Source: an uncultured Gemmatimonadales bacterium (lineage in GTDB: Bacteria; Gemmatimonadota; Gemmatimonadetes; Gemmatimonadales; GWC2-71-9). From it: DNA of 64,000 nucleotides. The notes under the pieces were generated by a model. That model was not told where the DNA came from. It was given only the letters and a program-made list of their open reading frames with translations, and made no database searches. The stretch spans positions 128,001-192,000 of the forward strand of contig CAVSQW010000007.1 of assembly GCA_963730185.1 (NCBI GenBank). Direction: 5' to 3'. Shown in pieces: positions 28,008 to 38,641 of the stretch (within the stretch, counting starts at the first letter, position 1; each line of letters starts with the position of its first letter). Both the position numbers and the translations under genes were made by a program.

Positions 28008-29549
28008 CTAGCGCCGGCGGCGGACCTTGGCCGCCCGACCGATGTCCACCACCACGCTGTCGATCGCCCGGATCATGGCCCGGCCACCCAGCGTGTGGTG
28101 ATTCGCCTGGACGCTGAAGATCCGGATCGGCGCCCGGCCGAACGCGGTGGAGTCTTCGGTCGGCTCGAGGTAGCCCGACAGGGTGTTGACCTGGCCGATG
28201 CTCCCGGTCTTGGCCCGGACCAGTCCCTCGAGCGGGGTGTCGTGGAACCGGGTTCGGAGGGTGCCGATCTCGCCGGCCTGGGGAAGACCGGCGGCGAAGG
28301 TTCGGTAACCCGGACGGTTCCGGATGAAACGGAGGATCTTCGCGAAGGTCAGCGGGGTGACGAGGTCCTTGGCGGAGAGGCCGGACCCGTCGTGGACCAG
28401 GAACTGGGTCGAGTCGATGCCCATCGAGTCGACCAGAAAGCGGCGCTCGATCCGGAGTCCCTCGTCCCAGCTGCCGGCCTCTCCGAACGCCCGCCCCAGC
28501 TCTTTGCAGAGCGTCTCGGCGTACCAGTTCTGGCTCACGTTCAGGATCGCGAAGATCCAGTCGGCGAGCGGCCGGGAGGCGATCTCGGCCAAGGGCGTGG
28601 TGGCCCGGGCCGGCGCCGTCGCGGCGGAGTCGGCGGTGGCCCGCACGGTGCCGCGGACCGCGATCCCGGCCGCTTCGAGGGCCCGGCGGAAGGCGAGGGC
28701 GGTCCACCGGTTCCCGTCGGGGGCGGCCAGGGTCAGCTGGCGGGGCGACGAGCCCAGCCGGACGGTCCCGCTCACCGTGACCCGCCAGCTCCCGGGCTCG
28801 CGGGCCACCTCGAGGTCGGCGGTGGTGTCGTCGATGGTGGTGGTCCGATTGACCAGCTCGACCGCGCCCAGGTCGGGGTCGAGGGCCAGCCGCGCCGGCG
28901 CGCCGGGGCTCAGCGCGGGGGTGACCTCGAGCGTGAAGACGTTCTCGTGGAATCCCAGCGCGGTGACCGGCGCGGCGTAACCCCAGACCAGGTCGTCGTT
29001 CTCCCAGGTCGGGTGCACGGCGGTGGGCTCGAACCAGCTGCCGTCGCCGATCACGTCGCCCTCGACCACCCGAACTCCGCGCTCGCGAACCTGCGCGGCC
29101 AGGCGGTCGAGCGGGGCGCTGGCCACCGAGTCGCAGACCCCGACCGCGAGGGTGTCGAGCCCGAAGCACCGGGGGCCCCAGGTCGGATCGCCCCGGCCGT
29201 AGAGGACCAGGTCGCCCTCGAGGACGCCGTCGTGGATCGGGGCCGCGCCGTACACGGAGGTCCGGACCGTCCAGTCGGGGCCGAGCCGCGAGGTCGCGAC
29301 CGAGGTGACGATCAGTTTGGTGTTGCTGGCCGGCATGAAGAGCCGCTCGGCGTTCCGGCCGTACAGGAGCTTGCCGTGCCCGTCGAGCACCGCGATTCCC
29401 CAGAGGTTCCGGTCGAGCGGGGGGCGCTCGAGCCGGCGGGTCAGGCGTTTGGCCAGGGACTGGGCGGCGAGTGGCGGCGGAGTGGCGACGGTGTGGACGC
29501 CGCCGGTCAGCAACGTCATGACGAAGGCGACTGTCTTGGAGCTAGGCAC
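28008..29549 (-). CDS. dacB: D-alanyl-D-alanine carboxypeptidase/endopeptidase (PBP4, S13)
   Basis: PASNTK (SxxK), SQN (SxN), AKTG; GDPT and DGSGLS motifs; signal peptide. Confidence 0.92.
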   Translation of the reverse strand: MPSSKTVAFVMTLLTGGVHTVATPPPLAAQSLAKRLTRRLERPPLDRNLWGIAVLDGHGKLLYGRNAERLFMPASNTKLIVTSVATSRLGPDWTVRTSVYGAAPIHDGVLEGDLVLYGRGDPTWGPRCFGLDTLAVGVCDSVASAPLDRLAAQVRERGVRVVEGDVIGDGSWFEPTAVHPTWENDDLVWGYAAPVTALGFHENVFTLEVTPALSPGAPARLALDPDLGAVELVNRTTTIDDTTADLEVAREPGSWRVTVSGTVRLGSSPRQLTLAAPDGNRWTALAFRRALEAAGIAVRGTVRATADSAATAPARATTPLAEIASRPLADWIFAILNVSQNWYAETLCKELGRAFGEAGSWDEGLRIERRFLVDSMGIDSTQFLVHDGSGLSAKDLVTPLTFAKILRFIRNRPGYRTFAAGLPQAGEIGTLRTRFHDTPLEGLVRAKTGSIGQVNTLSGYLEPTEDSTAFGRAPIRIFSVQANHHTLGGRAMIRAIDSVVVDIGRAAKVRRRR

Positions 29550-29709
29550 TTGTGGGCTCGATCCCCAACTTTGGCGAGGTGCGTCGTCCAGCGCGGCGGA
29601 GCTGACAATGTGCTGGAATGAGGTGGCGTAACAGTTTCAGGCTACTACATTTAGGGGTTCCGGTCAATCGCCGGAAGGCCGCGCAACCGGAGGGGGTCAC
29701 GGCGAAGGG

Positions 29710-31857
29710 ATGTTGCGGAATTGGGCAGTGGGTCGAATTGCCGTCCGAATCGGGATTGGCGTCGCGCTCGGGATCGGTTTCGTTCCGGCGGCGGGGCCCG
29801 TGCGGCTGGCCGCGCAGGACACCGACCTGATCGTCCGCAAGCTGGACTTCGAAGGCAATCACTCGATCGACGATCAGTCGCTCAAGGCCGCGATCGCGAC
29901 CACCAAATCGAGCGACTTCGCGACCTTTCCGTTGGTGAGCTGGATGGGGCTGGGCGAGAAGCGCCGGTTCAACGAGCGTGACTTCCGGATCGACGCGGCC
30001 AGGATCCGGCTCTTCTATCAGCTGTCGGGGTTCCTCGACGCCCAGGTCGATACCTTGGTGCGCCGGACCGACGAGAACGTCTACATCACTTTCCGGATCC
30101 ACGAAGGGCAGCCGGTTCGGATCACCAAGTTTTCGATCGAGGGGCTGGACTCCCTCCCCGATCGTGCCGACGTGGTCCGGGATCTTCCGCTCGGACTCGG
30201 CGATCCCTATAACCGGTACCTGGTGCTCGCCACGGGCGACACCATCCAGTCCCGGCTCCTGGATCGGGGGTACCCCACCGCCACCGTCTACGTCGGCCGC
30301 CGCGAGGTGGACCGGGAGGCGCACTCCGCGAACCTCCAGCTCATCGTCGATCCGGGCCGCTCGGCCCGGATCGGCGCGATCCGGGTGGTTGGGACCAACG
30401 AGGTGGACTCGGTCTTCGTCCGGACGCTCCTCACCACCAGGCGAGGGCGCACGTTCCGGCAGAGCGATCTCTACCGGAGTCAGCTCAACCTCTACCAGTC
30501 GGGGCTCTTCCGGTTTGCCTCAGTCACCGTGGACACGCTGGCGTTCAGCATCGGCGACCCCTTGGTGCCGCTGCTGGTCCAGGTCGACGAGGGCCCGATG
30601 CACCGGGCCCAGGCCGGGGTGGGCTACGGCACCAACGATTGCTTCCGGGCCAACGTCGGGTGGACGGCGCGGAACGTCGGGGGCAACGGCCGGGTGTTCG
30701 ACGTGTCGGCCCGGCTCTCCAAGATCGGGGTGGCCGGCTTTCCACTCGGCCTCCACGCGGAGCGGTCGTGGGTGTGCGGGTCGCTCGACCGGGACACGAT
30801 CGGATCGCGGGAACCCAACTTCGGCACCACGGTCTCGTTCCGCCGGCCGGCCTTCCTGTCGCCGTCGAACGCGCTCACCGCGTCGGCCTTCGCGGAGCGG
30901 CGCTCGGAATACCTGGTGTACCAGCGGGAGGACATCGGCGCCAGTCTGACCTTCAATCGAGAGACGTTCAAGCGGATCCCGTTTGTGCTCACCTATCGGG
31001 TCTCGTACGGCTCTACCAAGGCGGACCCAGCCAGCTTCTGCAGCGTCTTCAACGCCTGTATCGCGTCCGACATCCAGGAGCTGGAGCGGCGCCGGGTGCT
31101 GGCGACCCTCACGGCGTCGATCAGCCGCGCCCGGGTGAACAGCGTGATCGACCCGAGCCGGGGCTCGATCTACAGTGCCGAGGTGACCCACAGCTCGCGG
31201 TTCATCGGCTCGTCCCGGCTGGCCCAGTTCACCCGGGTGGTCGGTGACGGCTCCTGGTATCGCGCGCTGGGGAGCGAGGTGGTGCTGGCGACTCACCTCC
31301 GGGGCGGCCTGATCTTCTCCCCCGGGGTCGAGCTGGGCGGCGCCAGCGGCAATTTCGTGCCGCCGGAGCAGCGATTCTATGCCGGCGGCGCCAACGACGT
31401 GCGGGGCTACGACCGGAACGAGCTGGGGCCGGTGGTCTACGTGGTGTCGTCCGACCTGGCCAACGGTGGCGACCCCAACCGGAACGACGTGCGGGTGGCC
31501 CCGATCGGCGGCAACACGGTAGTGGTGGGCAACGTGGAGCTCCGGCTGCCGTCGCCGGTGTTGCCAGGCCGGCTCCGATGGGCGGCGTTCGTCGATGCCG
31601 GGGGGGTGTGGGCGCGGGGCACCACGGTGCCGTCGACTCGCGCCATTCGCGTGACGCCGGGGCTCGGACTCCGGCTCGCCACGCCGCTCGGCCCGGCCCG
31701 CCTCGACGTGGCGTACAACGGCTACGATCTGCCGCGCGGCACGCTCTACGTACTCGATGCCGCGACCGGCGACCTCACCGCGCTGCGGGACGACTACCGC
31801 CGGCCGGGCTCGACGACCGGGCTCAACCTGCAGATCTCCGTGGGGCAGGCGTTCTGA
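29710..31857 (+). CDS. tamA: Omp85-family outer membrane protein (TamA/BamA-like)
   Basis: Signal peptide, POTRA-like repeats, RFYAGGANDVRGY, TPLGPARLD, C-terminal …VGQAF. Confidence 0.85.
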   Translation: MLRNWAVGRIAVRIGIGVALGIGFVPAAGPVRLAAQDTDLIVRKLDFEGNHSIDDQSLKAAIATTKSSDFATFPLVSWMGLGEKRRFNERDFRIDAARIRLFYQLSGFLDAQVDTLVRRTDENVYITFRIHEGQPVRITKFSIEGLDSLPDRADVVRDLPLGLGDPYNRYLVLATGDTIQSRLLDRGYPTATVYVGRREVDREAHSANLQLIVDPGRSARIGAIRVVGTNEVDSVFVRTLLTTRRGRTFRQSDLYRSQLNLYQSGLFRFASVTVDTLAFSIGDPLVPLLVQVDEGPMHRAQAGVGYGTNDCFRANVGWTARNVGGNGRVFDVSARLSKIGVAGFPLGLHAERSWVCGSLDRDTIGSREPNFGTTVSFRRPAFLSPSNALTASAFAERRSEYLVYQREDIGASLTFNRETFKRIPFVLTYRVSYGSTKADPASFCSVFNACIASDIQELERRRVLATLTASISRARVNSVIDPSRGSIYSAEVTHSSRFIGSSRLAQFTRVVGDGSWYRALGSEVVLATHLRGGLIFSPGVELGGASGNFVPPEQRFYAGGANDVRGYDRNELGPVVYVVSSDLANGGDPNRNDVRVAPIGGNTVVVGNVELRLPSPVLPGRLRWAAFVDAGGVWARGTTVPSTRAIRVTPGLGLRLATPLGPARLDVAYNGYDLPRGTLYVLDAATGDLTALRDDYRRPGSTTGLNLQISVGQAF

Positions 31858-34800
31858 TGCGCCGGGCCGTGGCGCGGGGCGTGTTCGTCGGGATCGCGAC
31901 CCTGATCGCGGCGATCCTGGGAGCCACCGGCGCGGTGATCCTGACCCGGCCGGGGCGCTCGCTCCTGGCTCGACTGGTCACCGAGGAGTCGAACCGGCTG
32001 GTCCGGGGCACGGTAACCATCGGCCGGCTGGAAGGGAATTTCATCTCCCGGCTCACGCTCGACTCGGTGGTGGTGCGCGATACGGCCGGGCAGCTGGTGG
32101 CCGACTTCCCCCGGCTCGAGCTGCACTTCTCCCTCCCGCTGCTTCTGGCCCGGCAGATCGTCCTCAGCGACGTCAGAGCCATCGATCCGCGGGTCGAGGT
32201 GGTAAAGCACCGCAGCGGCCGGATGAACTACGAGGAGGTGCTCCGGTTGGGCGAAGGGCCGAACAACGGCGGGCCGGGCACCCTGATCGAACTTCGCAAT
32301 CTGGAAATCGTCAACGGGCGAATGGAGATCAGCACGCCCTGGAATCCCGATGGTCGGTTGCGCACGGCGGCCCAGATCGACTCGGCCCTGGCCGCCGAGC
32401 GGGCCAAGCCGGGCCGGCGGATCGAGCCGGGCGCCCGGAGCTCGGACAGCCTGCTCCAGGTCCGGGTGATCGACCAGCTGGCCGCCCGATTCGCGACCAT
32501 GCGGCTCTCGACGCCCGATCACCAGCCCTTCGCCACCACGATCGACACCCTGGCGGCCCGGATCAGCGATCCGGAGCTCCGGATCCGCGATCTGTCCGCG
32601 TCGCTCACCCAGGGAGCCGACAGCTTGCTTTTCGAGGTGAAGCGGGGGGCCTTTCCCAACACGGTGGTGAGCGGGGCCGGCCGGATCGATTGGCCCCGCG
32701 ACACCGTGCTCTACGACTTCTCGCTCGACGCCCCGCGCCTCGATCTGGTGGACCTCCGTTGGATCTCACCGAACTTCCCGGCGCTGTCTGGCCGAGGCCA
32801 AGTGCGGGCCAGGTCGGTGGCGGGGAGCCGGGCCGAGTTCGACGTTCGGGATCTGCACTTGGCGGATCGAACCTCGCGGGTCGACGGCCGGCTGACCTCG
32901 ATCGTCGACGTGTACCGAGGCCTGGGCTTCCGGGGCCTCGATCTGAATCTCACCAACTTCGATCTGGAGAATGTCCGGCCCTTTCTCGACAGCTTGCCGC
33001 TGGCCGGCCGACTGACCGGACCGCTCACGGCCACGGGGTTCTTCGACGCCATGGACGTGACCTTCGACTGGCGCTTCGCGGACGCTCGGATCGAGGGGGA
33101 GCCCGAGAGCCAGGTCGCCCTCGAAGGGCGGGTGGAGCTGGGGGGCACCCAGGGCATCGTCTTCCAACAGGCGCGGCTTCCCCATGCCGATCTCGATCTT
33201 CGGACGGTCAAGCTGATCGCGCCGTCGGTCCAGTTGGACGGGCGGCTCCAGCTCGCCGGCTCGCTGGACGGCCCCTGGCACGACGTAACTTTCGACGGCA
33301 CCGCCCGCCACCAGGACGGCAGCCGCCCGGCGAGCCAGGTCCGGGGGCGGGCTCGGCTCGACACCGGGGGGCCGGTCTTCGCTGTGGACGCCAATCTGGT
33401 GCTCGACAGCCTCGCCTTCGACGGTATTCGCGGCACCTTCCCGTCGCTCACGGCGGACGGCGGGCTCCAGGGCCCGGTCCGGCTCCGGGGCAGCCTGGAC
33501 CGGATGGCGGTGGAGGCCGATGTGCGCGGTGCGATCGGTCGCTATCAGGTCACGGGGTGGGCCACGCTCCAACCGCCTCGCTGGGGGGCCGACTCCCTGA
33601 CCGTGAAATTCGCGAACGCCGATCTGGCCCGGCTCGCGCCCGGCGGAGTGGCCACCCGGCTCAACGGGACGCTCGATCTGTCCGGCGGGGTCGATTCGGC
33701 GGTGGCGCCCAGCGGGCGAGCCCGGCTCGATCTGGTCCGCTCCCGGATCCGTGAGGTGACGATCGACTCGGCCCGGATCAGCCTCGCGGTCCAGGACAGC
33801 GTGGTGACCGTCGACTCCTCCACCGCCTGGTGGGAAGGGGGCGAGGCCACGGCGGCCGGCACGCTGGGCTGGGCCGCCCCCCACCAGGGGACGCTCGCAG
33901 GCGACCTGGTGGCCCTGACCCTGGCACCGTTCGATTCGTTGGCGGTGGCGTTGGGCGGCGTGTCGCGGGAAGACCTGGCCGACGTGGGCGTGCTCGCCGG
34001 GCGGGGCCGGGGACACTACGCCCTGGACGGCTCGCTCGACGCCTGGCATCTCACGGCCACCGCCCGGGCCGACTCGGTCCGGTGGCTCGACTATCAGGCC
34101 CGGGGCGGCCGGATCGCGATCGACTGGCGGGGCGGGCGGCTCGACAGCACCCGTTTTGTCGTGAACGCGACGCTCGACACCACCAGCCTGGGGCAGTACG
34201 AGATCGCGGAGGTCGACGGGACGGTGACCGGCACGCCCTCGACGTTCGTGTGGCACGGGTCGGCGACGACCCGGGGCGCCACCCGGTTTCGTGCCGGGGG
34301 TTCGTCGCGACTGCGCGATGGGGAGCGGGTCGTCGAGGTCGATTCCCTCGCGGCCCGGGTGCTCGATCGCGACTGGCGGCTGGTGAGCCCGGTCCTGGTC
34401 CGAATCGTGGACTCGCTCACCACCTTCGATACGGTGCGGGTCGCGACCGCCGATGGCTCGGGCCTGGTCCGGGTCACCGGCGACTTCCCCGGTCGGGCCC
34501 CCGGGTCGCTCGGGCTCCACGCGATCGGGATCGGCCTCCGGGATCTCTACGCCCTGCTTCAGCGCGATACCGCCGGCGTGGCCGGTGATCTCGCACTGGA
34601 CCTCCGGCTGGCCGGTACCCGACAGGCGCCGACCTTCCGGGGCAGCGGGTCGCTCACCGGTCCGGTGCTGGGTGACTTTCGGGCGCCGTTGATCCGGGGG
34701 GTGTTCAACTACGAGGACCGGAGCCTCGAGAGCAATCTGACGCTCTGGCGGACCGGCCGCCCAGTGCTCGACGTCGACGTGGACCTCCCCCTCGATCTGG

Positions 34801-36284
34801 CCCTCACCTCGGTGAACCAGCGGCAGTTGCCGGGCACTCTCGTGGTTCGAGGGCACGCCGACAGCGTCGACTTGGCCGTGGTCGAGGCCTTTACCGACAA
34901 CTTGCGGCGGGTGCGGGGCGCGATCACCGCCGACGTTCAGGTCACCGGCACCTGGGACCGACCGGAGCTGGGCGGCGCCATCCAGATTCGCGGTGGGGCC
35001 GCCCGGGTCCCGGGCCTCGGCGTGGACTACGATCGCCTGAACGGAAACGTTCGACTGGCCGCGGATTCGATCGTGGCGGACTCGGTGACCGTCTACAGCG
35101 GCGACGAGGGGCACCTGATCGCGACCGGTGGGATCCGGCTGGAGCGGCTCACCCGGCCGGTGCTCGATCTGACCATCACGGTAGTCGACTTCCTCTTGAT
35201 GAACGCGCGGGACTACCTCACGCTCCGAGCCCGGGGCCAGGTCACCCTCACCGGCCCGGTCACCCGCCCGGTGTTGGCTGGTCAGGCCGTGGCGAACAAC
35301 AGCGTGCTGTACTTCTCGGACCTGATTACCAAGGACATCATCAACCTCGAGGACCCGCTCACCGCCGATCTGGTGGATACGACGGTGCTCCGGGCCCAGA
35401 ACCTCGGCGCCCAGTTCCAGAGCCGGTTTCTGGACTCGCTGGCGATTCGCGACCTGCAGTTCCGAGCCGGCGAAGGCGTGTGGCTTCGGTCCAACGAGGC
35501 CAACGTCCAGCTGGAGGGGCAGGTGACCGTCAACAAAGACCGGCGGAGCGGTCGGGGGCGCGAGTACCGCGTCAGCGGCGAGCTCCAGACGCCGCGCGGC
35601 ACCTATACGCTCCAACTCGGGATCGCCAAGCGCACCTTCACGGTCAACCGGGGTACGCTCCGCTATTTCAACACCTCGGACCTCAACGCGGCGCTGGATC
35701 TGGAGGCAGGGTACACGGTCCAGACGACATCCGACGAGATTCCGATCGTGGCCCGCATTACCGGTACCATGCTGGCCCCCAAGCTCGCCCTCAGTACGGC
35801 CGACACCCGGCTCCCGCTTTCCGAGCGCGAGTTGGTGTCGCTCTTGGCGTTTGGCACCACCAACACCCTGCCCGGCGGGGCCAACTGGGCCTTCCTGGGC
35901 TCTACCGTGCTGGTGGCCGAACTGCAGCGGGCGTTGATCTCGAGTCCCAACGCCCCGTTCGACCTGGTGGAGATCCGGCCGCCCGCCTTCGGACCGGGAG
36001 GGTCCGCGCTGGGTACCAGCGGGGGCGCGCTGACCTCGCTGGCGTTCGGCAAGCAGATCAGCAGCCGCCTCTTCGCCACCGTCAACGCCGGTGCCTGCGT
36101 CGGCGGCACGGAAGCGTTCTCCTATCGGTATCTTGGGGCAACGATCGAATACCGCTTGCATCCGACCCTCCGGCTCACGCTGGCCGCGGAGCCCCTGCAG
36201 ACTTGTCTCTCGCAGGTCGCGACCACCTTTTCGCAGGGTCGATACCAGTTCGCCGCGGACCTCCGTTGGGACCGGGACTATTGA
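31857..36284 (+). CDS. tamB: Translocation and assembly module TamB-like protein
   Basis: 1475 aa, N-terminal anchor helix, long beta-rich body, DUF490-like C-terminus; ATG overlaps the tamA stop. Confidence 0.85.
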   Translation: MRRAVARGVFVGIATLIAAILGATGAVILTRPGRSLLARLVTEESNRLVRGTVTIGRLEGNFISRLTLDSVVVRDTAGQLVADFPRLELHFSLPLLLARQIVLSDVRAIDPRVEVVKHRSGRMNYEEVLRLGEGPNNGGPGTLIELRNLEIVNGRMEISTPWNPDGRLRTAAQIDSALAAERAKPGRRIEPGARSSDSLLQVRVIDQLAARFATMRLSTPDHQPFATTIDTLAARISDPELRIRDLSASLTQGADSLLFEVKRGAFPNTVVSGAGRIDWPRDTVLYDFSLDAPRLDLVDLRWISPNFPALSGRGQVRARSVAGSRAEFDVRDLHLADRTSRVDGRLTSIVDVYRGLGFRGLDLNLTNFDLENVRPFLDSLPLAGRLTGPLTATGFFDAMDVTFDWRFADARIEGEPESQVALEGRVELGGTQGIVFQQARLPHADLDLRTVKLIAPSVQLDGRLQLAGSLDGPWHDVTFDGTARHQDGSRPASQVRGRARLDTGGPVFAVDANLVLDSLAFDGIRGTFPSLTADGGLQGPVRLRGSLDRMAVEADVRGAIGRYQVTGWATLQPPRWGADSLTVKFANADLARLAPGGVATRLNGTLDLSGGVDSAVAPSGRARLDLVRSRIREVTIDSARISLAVQDSVVTVDSSTAWWEGGEATAAGTLGWAAPHQGTLAGDLVALTLAPFDSLAVALGGVSREDLADVGVLAGRGRGHYALDGSLDAWHLTATARADSVRWLDYQARGGRIAIDWRGGRLDSTRFVVNATLDTTSLGQYEIAEVDGTVTGTPSTFVWHGSATTRGATRFRAGGSSRLRDGERVVEVDSLAARVLDRDWRLVSPVLVRIVDSLTTFDTVRVATADGSGLVRVTGDFPGRAPGSLGLHAIGIGLRDLYALLQRDTAGVAGDLALDLRLAGTRQAPTFRGSGSLTGPVLGDFRAPLIRGVFNYEDRSLESNLTLWRTGRPVLDVDVDLPLDLALTSVNQRQLPGTLVVRGHADSVDLAVVEAFTDNLRRVRGAITADVQVTGTWDRPELGGAIQIRGGAARVPGLGVDYDRLNGNVRLAADSIVADSVTVYSGDEGHLIATGGIRLERLTRPVLDLTITVVDFLLMNARDYLTLRARGQVTLTGPVTRPVLAGQAVANNSVLYFSDLITKDIINLEDPLTADLVDTTVLRAQNLGAQFQSRFLDSLAIRDLQFRAGEGVWLRSNEANVQLEGQVTVNKDRRSGRGREYRVSGELQTPRGTYTLQLGIAKRTFTVNRGTLRYFNTSDLNAALDLEAGYTVQTTSDEIPIVARITGTMLAPKLALSTADTRLPLSERELVSLLAFGTTNTLPGGANWAFLGSTVLVAELQRALISSPNAPFDLVEIRPPAFGPGGSALGTSGGALTSLAFGKQISSRLFATVNAGACVGGTEAFSYRYLGATIEYRLHPTLRLTLAAEPLQTCLSQVATTFSQGRYQFAADLRWDRDY

Positions 36285-37187
36285 ATGGCGCGTGCCCTGC
36301 TCATCACCAATCCGATCGCTGCCCGCAACAGCCCGGAGCGGACGGCGATCGTCCGGCGGACGCTGGTAGCGCGCGGATGGCACCTCGACGTCGAGGCCAC
36401 CGCGGCCCCGGGGCACGCCCGTCGTCTGGCCGCCGACGCCGTCACGGCGGGGCTCGACGCGGTCATCGTGCTCGGGGGCGACGGCACCACCACCCAGGCG
36501 GCGAGCGCCCTGGTCGGCACCGACGTCGCGTTGGGGTTGGTGCCGGGTGGGACGGGTAACCTGCTGGCGGGCAATCTCCGGATTCCGGCGGCGCCGGTGC
36601 CGGCGGCCGAGCTGATCGCCCTGGGTCGGAGCCGCCGGATCGACCTCGGGCGGCTCGACCGGCCGAACGGACCCCACTACTTCGCGGTGGGGTGCGGGGC
36701 GGGGGCCGACGCGAGGGTCATGGGCGAAACGGCCACGCACGCCAAGCGCCGGTTCGGGATGGGTGGCTACCTCGCCACCCTCTTCCGGGTGCTGCCCGAG
36801 GTCCGGTCGACGCCGGTGAGGATCACGATCGACGACACGCTCATCGAGCGGCCGGCGGCCTTGGTGCTGGCCCTGAACTGCGCCGAGATCATGCCTCGGG
36901 TGTTGCGGGTCCGCGAGGGCGCGGTGCTCGACGACGGCCTGCTCGATCTGATCGTGATCTCGGCCGATACGCCGTGGCAAGCGGTTCGAGGGGTCTGGCG
37001 GGTGTTCCAGAACGTGGTCGTCGGCGGGGGAGAGACGGCCTATCTGGCGTACGGTCGGGGCCAGCGGATCACGATCGAGGCGCTCGATCCGTTGCCGGTT
37101 CAGTACGACGGCGAGGCCGCCGGGTCGACGCCGGCGACGATTTCGGTGGTGCCCGGCGCGCTCCGGGTGATGGCGCCGACTCCGTGA
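36285..37187 (+). CDS. Diacylglycerol/lipid kinase family (YegS/BmrU)
   Basis: LITNP, GGDGT, PGGTGNLLA, DDGLLD, QYDGE. Confidence 0.9.
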   Translation: MARALLITNPIAARNSPERTAIVRRTLVARGWHLDVEATAAPGHARRLAADAVTAGLDAVIVLGGDGTTTQAASALVGTDVALGLVPGGTGNLLAGNLRIPAAPVPAAELIALGRSRRIDLGRLDRPNGPHYFAVGCGAGADARVMGETATHAKRRFGMGGYLATLFRVLPEVRSTPVRITIDDTLIERPAALVLALNCAEIMPRVLRVREGAVLDDGLLDLIVISADTPWQAVRGVWRVFQNVVVGGGETAYLAYGRGQRITIEALDPLPVQYDGEAAGSTPATISVVPGALRVMAPTP

Positions 37188-37290
37188 TGCTCGGGGCCGG
37201 CGGTGGTGCGTTGCGCTGGTGGTGCCCGGCGACGATCCTTCGACGAAAGGATCGACGCGGGGGCTCGGCTCACGTCGACTTCCAGGGGAG

Positions 37291-38631
37291 ATGATGACCG
37301 ACTCGATCTTGCTCGTTCATGACGATGCCGGTGTGCTCCGGGCGATCGGCGCCCGTTTCGAGGAAGCTGGGCACGAGGTGATTCGGGAGCTCAGTGTGGA
37401 GGCCGGGGTGGCGTCGCTGGGACGGCTCCGTCCCGACGCCGTGCTGCTGGCGCTGCCGCTGGCCAGCACGGAATCGATTGGGCTGCTCGGCGCCGGCGAG
37501 ACGCCGGTCGTCGTCTTCGGCGATCGTCCCGAGTCGCCGGCGGCTGCGGCCTGTCTCGAGGCGGGCGCGGCCCAGGTGGTCGACACCGCCACCGACCAGG
37601 GCGTGCTCCTCCGGGCTGCCGCGGCCGTCTCCGGCGGCACCCGGTGCCGGAGGCTGGCCGGAGCGCTCCTCGAGGCCAGCGCACCGCGTCGCGGGGTCGA
37701 CGCCCTGGGCAGCTCACCCGCGATGCGGCAGCTGGCCCAGCAGATCGGCCTGCTGGCCCAGAGCGATCGCACCACGCTGCTGCTCACCGGCGAGCTTGGG
37801 GTCGGCAAGGCCTGGACCGCTCGGGTCATCCATGACCTGGGGGCCCGAACCGGCCGGCCTTATCTCGAGGTGCGGTGCACCGGCGCGAACGCCACCTACC
37901 TGGAGTCGCTGCTCTTCGGCCACGAGAAAGGGGTCTTCGTCGAGGCGACCGAGCGTCGGCGGGGCCTGGTGGAGCTCGCCAACGGCGGGACCCTCGTGCT
38001 CCGGGAGGTGGGCGACCTGCCCGAGGAGATCCAGCCCAAGCTGCTCCGGGTCCTCGAGACCCGGAGCTTCCGGCGTCTGGGCGGCGGCGACGACCTGTCG
38101 GTCGACACCCGGTTGATCGTCACCACCCGGCGCAATCTCTCCGCCGACGTCGAGGCCGGCCGGTTCCGGGAGGATCTCTTCTATCGCCTGAGCGTGATGC
38201 CGCTTGCCCTCCCGCCGCTGCGGGAGCGGACCCAGGAAGACCGACTCGGCCTGATCAACGGCATCCACGACGATTTCAAGGCCGAGATCCCCGACGGCCC
38301 GCCGTCGCTCTCGGTCGAGGCGATCGAGCGGCTCCTGGCCTATCCCTGGCCCGGCAACGTGCGGGAGATGGAGAACGTGTTGGAGCGGTCCATGTTGGTG
38401 GGGCGGGGGCAGGTGACCGTCAACGTGGAGCACCTGCCCGGCGAGTTCCGCGCCCGCACCGGCCTGGGCGACCGGCGTCACACGCCGATGACGCTCGATG
38501 CCGTCGAGCATCAACACGTCGAGCGGGCGCTCCGCTATCACGGCGGCAACCGAACCCGCGCCGCCAAGGAGCTGGGGATTTCGCGGGCGACCTTGATCAA
38601 CAAGATCAAGCTCTACCAGATCACCGATTGA
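37291..38631 (+). CDS. NtrC-like regulator: pseudo-receiver + degenerate AAA+ + Fis HTH
   Basis: GELGVGK, QPKLLRVLE, FREDLFYRL, WPGNVRE, GNRTRAAKELGISRATL; GAFTGA replaced by GVFVEA. Confidence 0.88.
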   Translation: MMTDSILLVHDDAGVLRAIGARFEEAGHEVIRELSVEAGVASLGRLRPDAVLLALPLASTESIGLLGAGETPVVVFGDRPESPAAAACLEAGAAQVVDTATDQGVLLRAAAAVSGGTRCRRLAGALLEASAPRRGVDALGSSPAMRQLAQQIGLLAQSDRTTLLLTGELGVGKAWTARVIHDLGARTGRPYLEVRCTGANATYLESLLFGHEKGVFVEATERRRGLVELANGGTLVLREVGDLPEEIQPKLLRVLETRSFRRLGGGDDLSVDTRLIVTTRRNLSADVEAGRFREDLFYRLSVMPLALPPLRERTQEDRLGLINGIHDDFKAEIPDGPPSLSVEAIERLLAYPWPGNVREMENVLERSMLVGRGQVTVNVEHLPGEFRARTGLGDRRHTPMTLDAVEHQHVERALRYHGGNRTRAAKELGISRATLINKIKLYQITD

Positions 38632-38641
38632 GGAGGCCGCC

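Noticed and set aside
32766..36980. 1404-aa ORF on the minus strand
   Set aside because: Antisense shadow of tamB and the lipid kinase gene; no motifs; expected at very high GC
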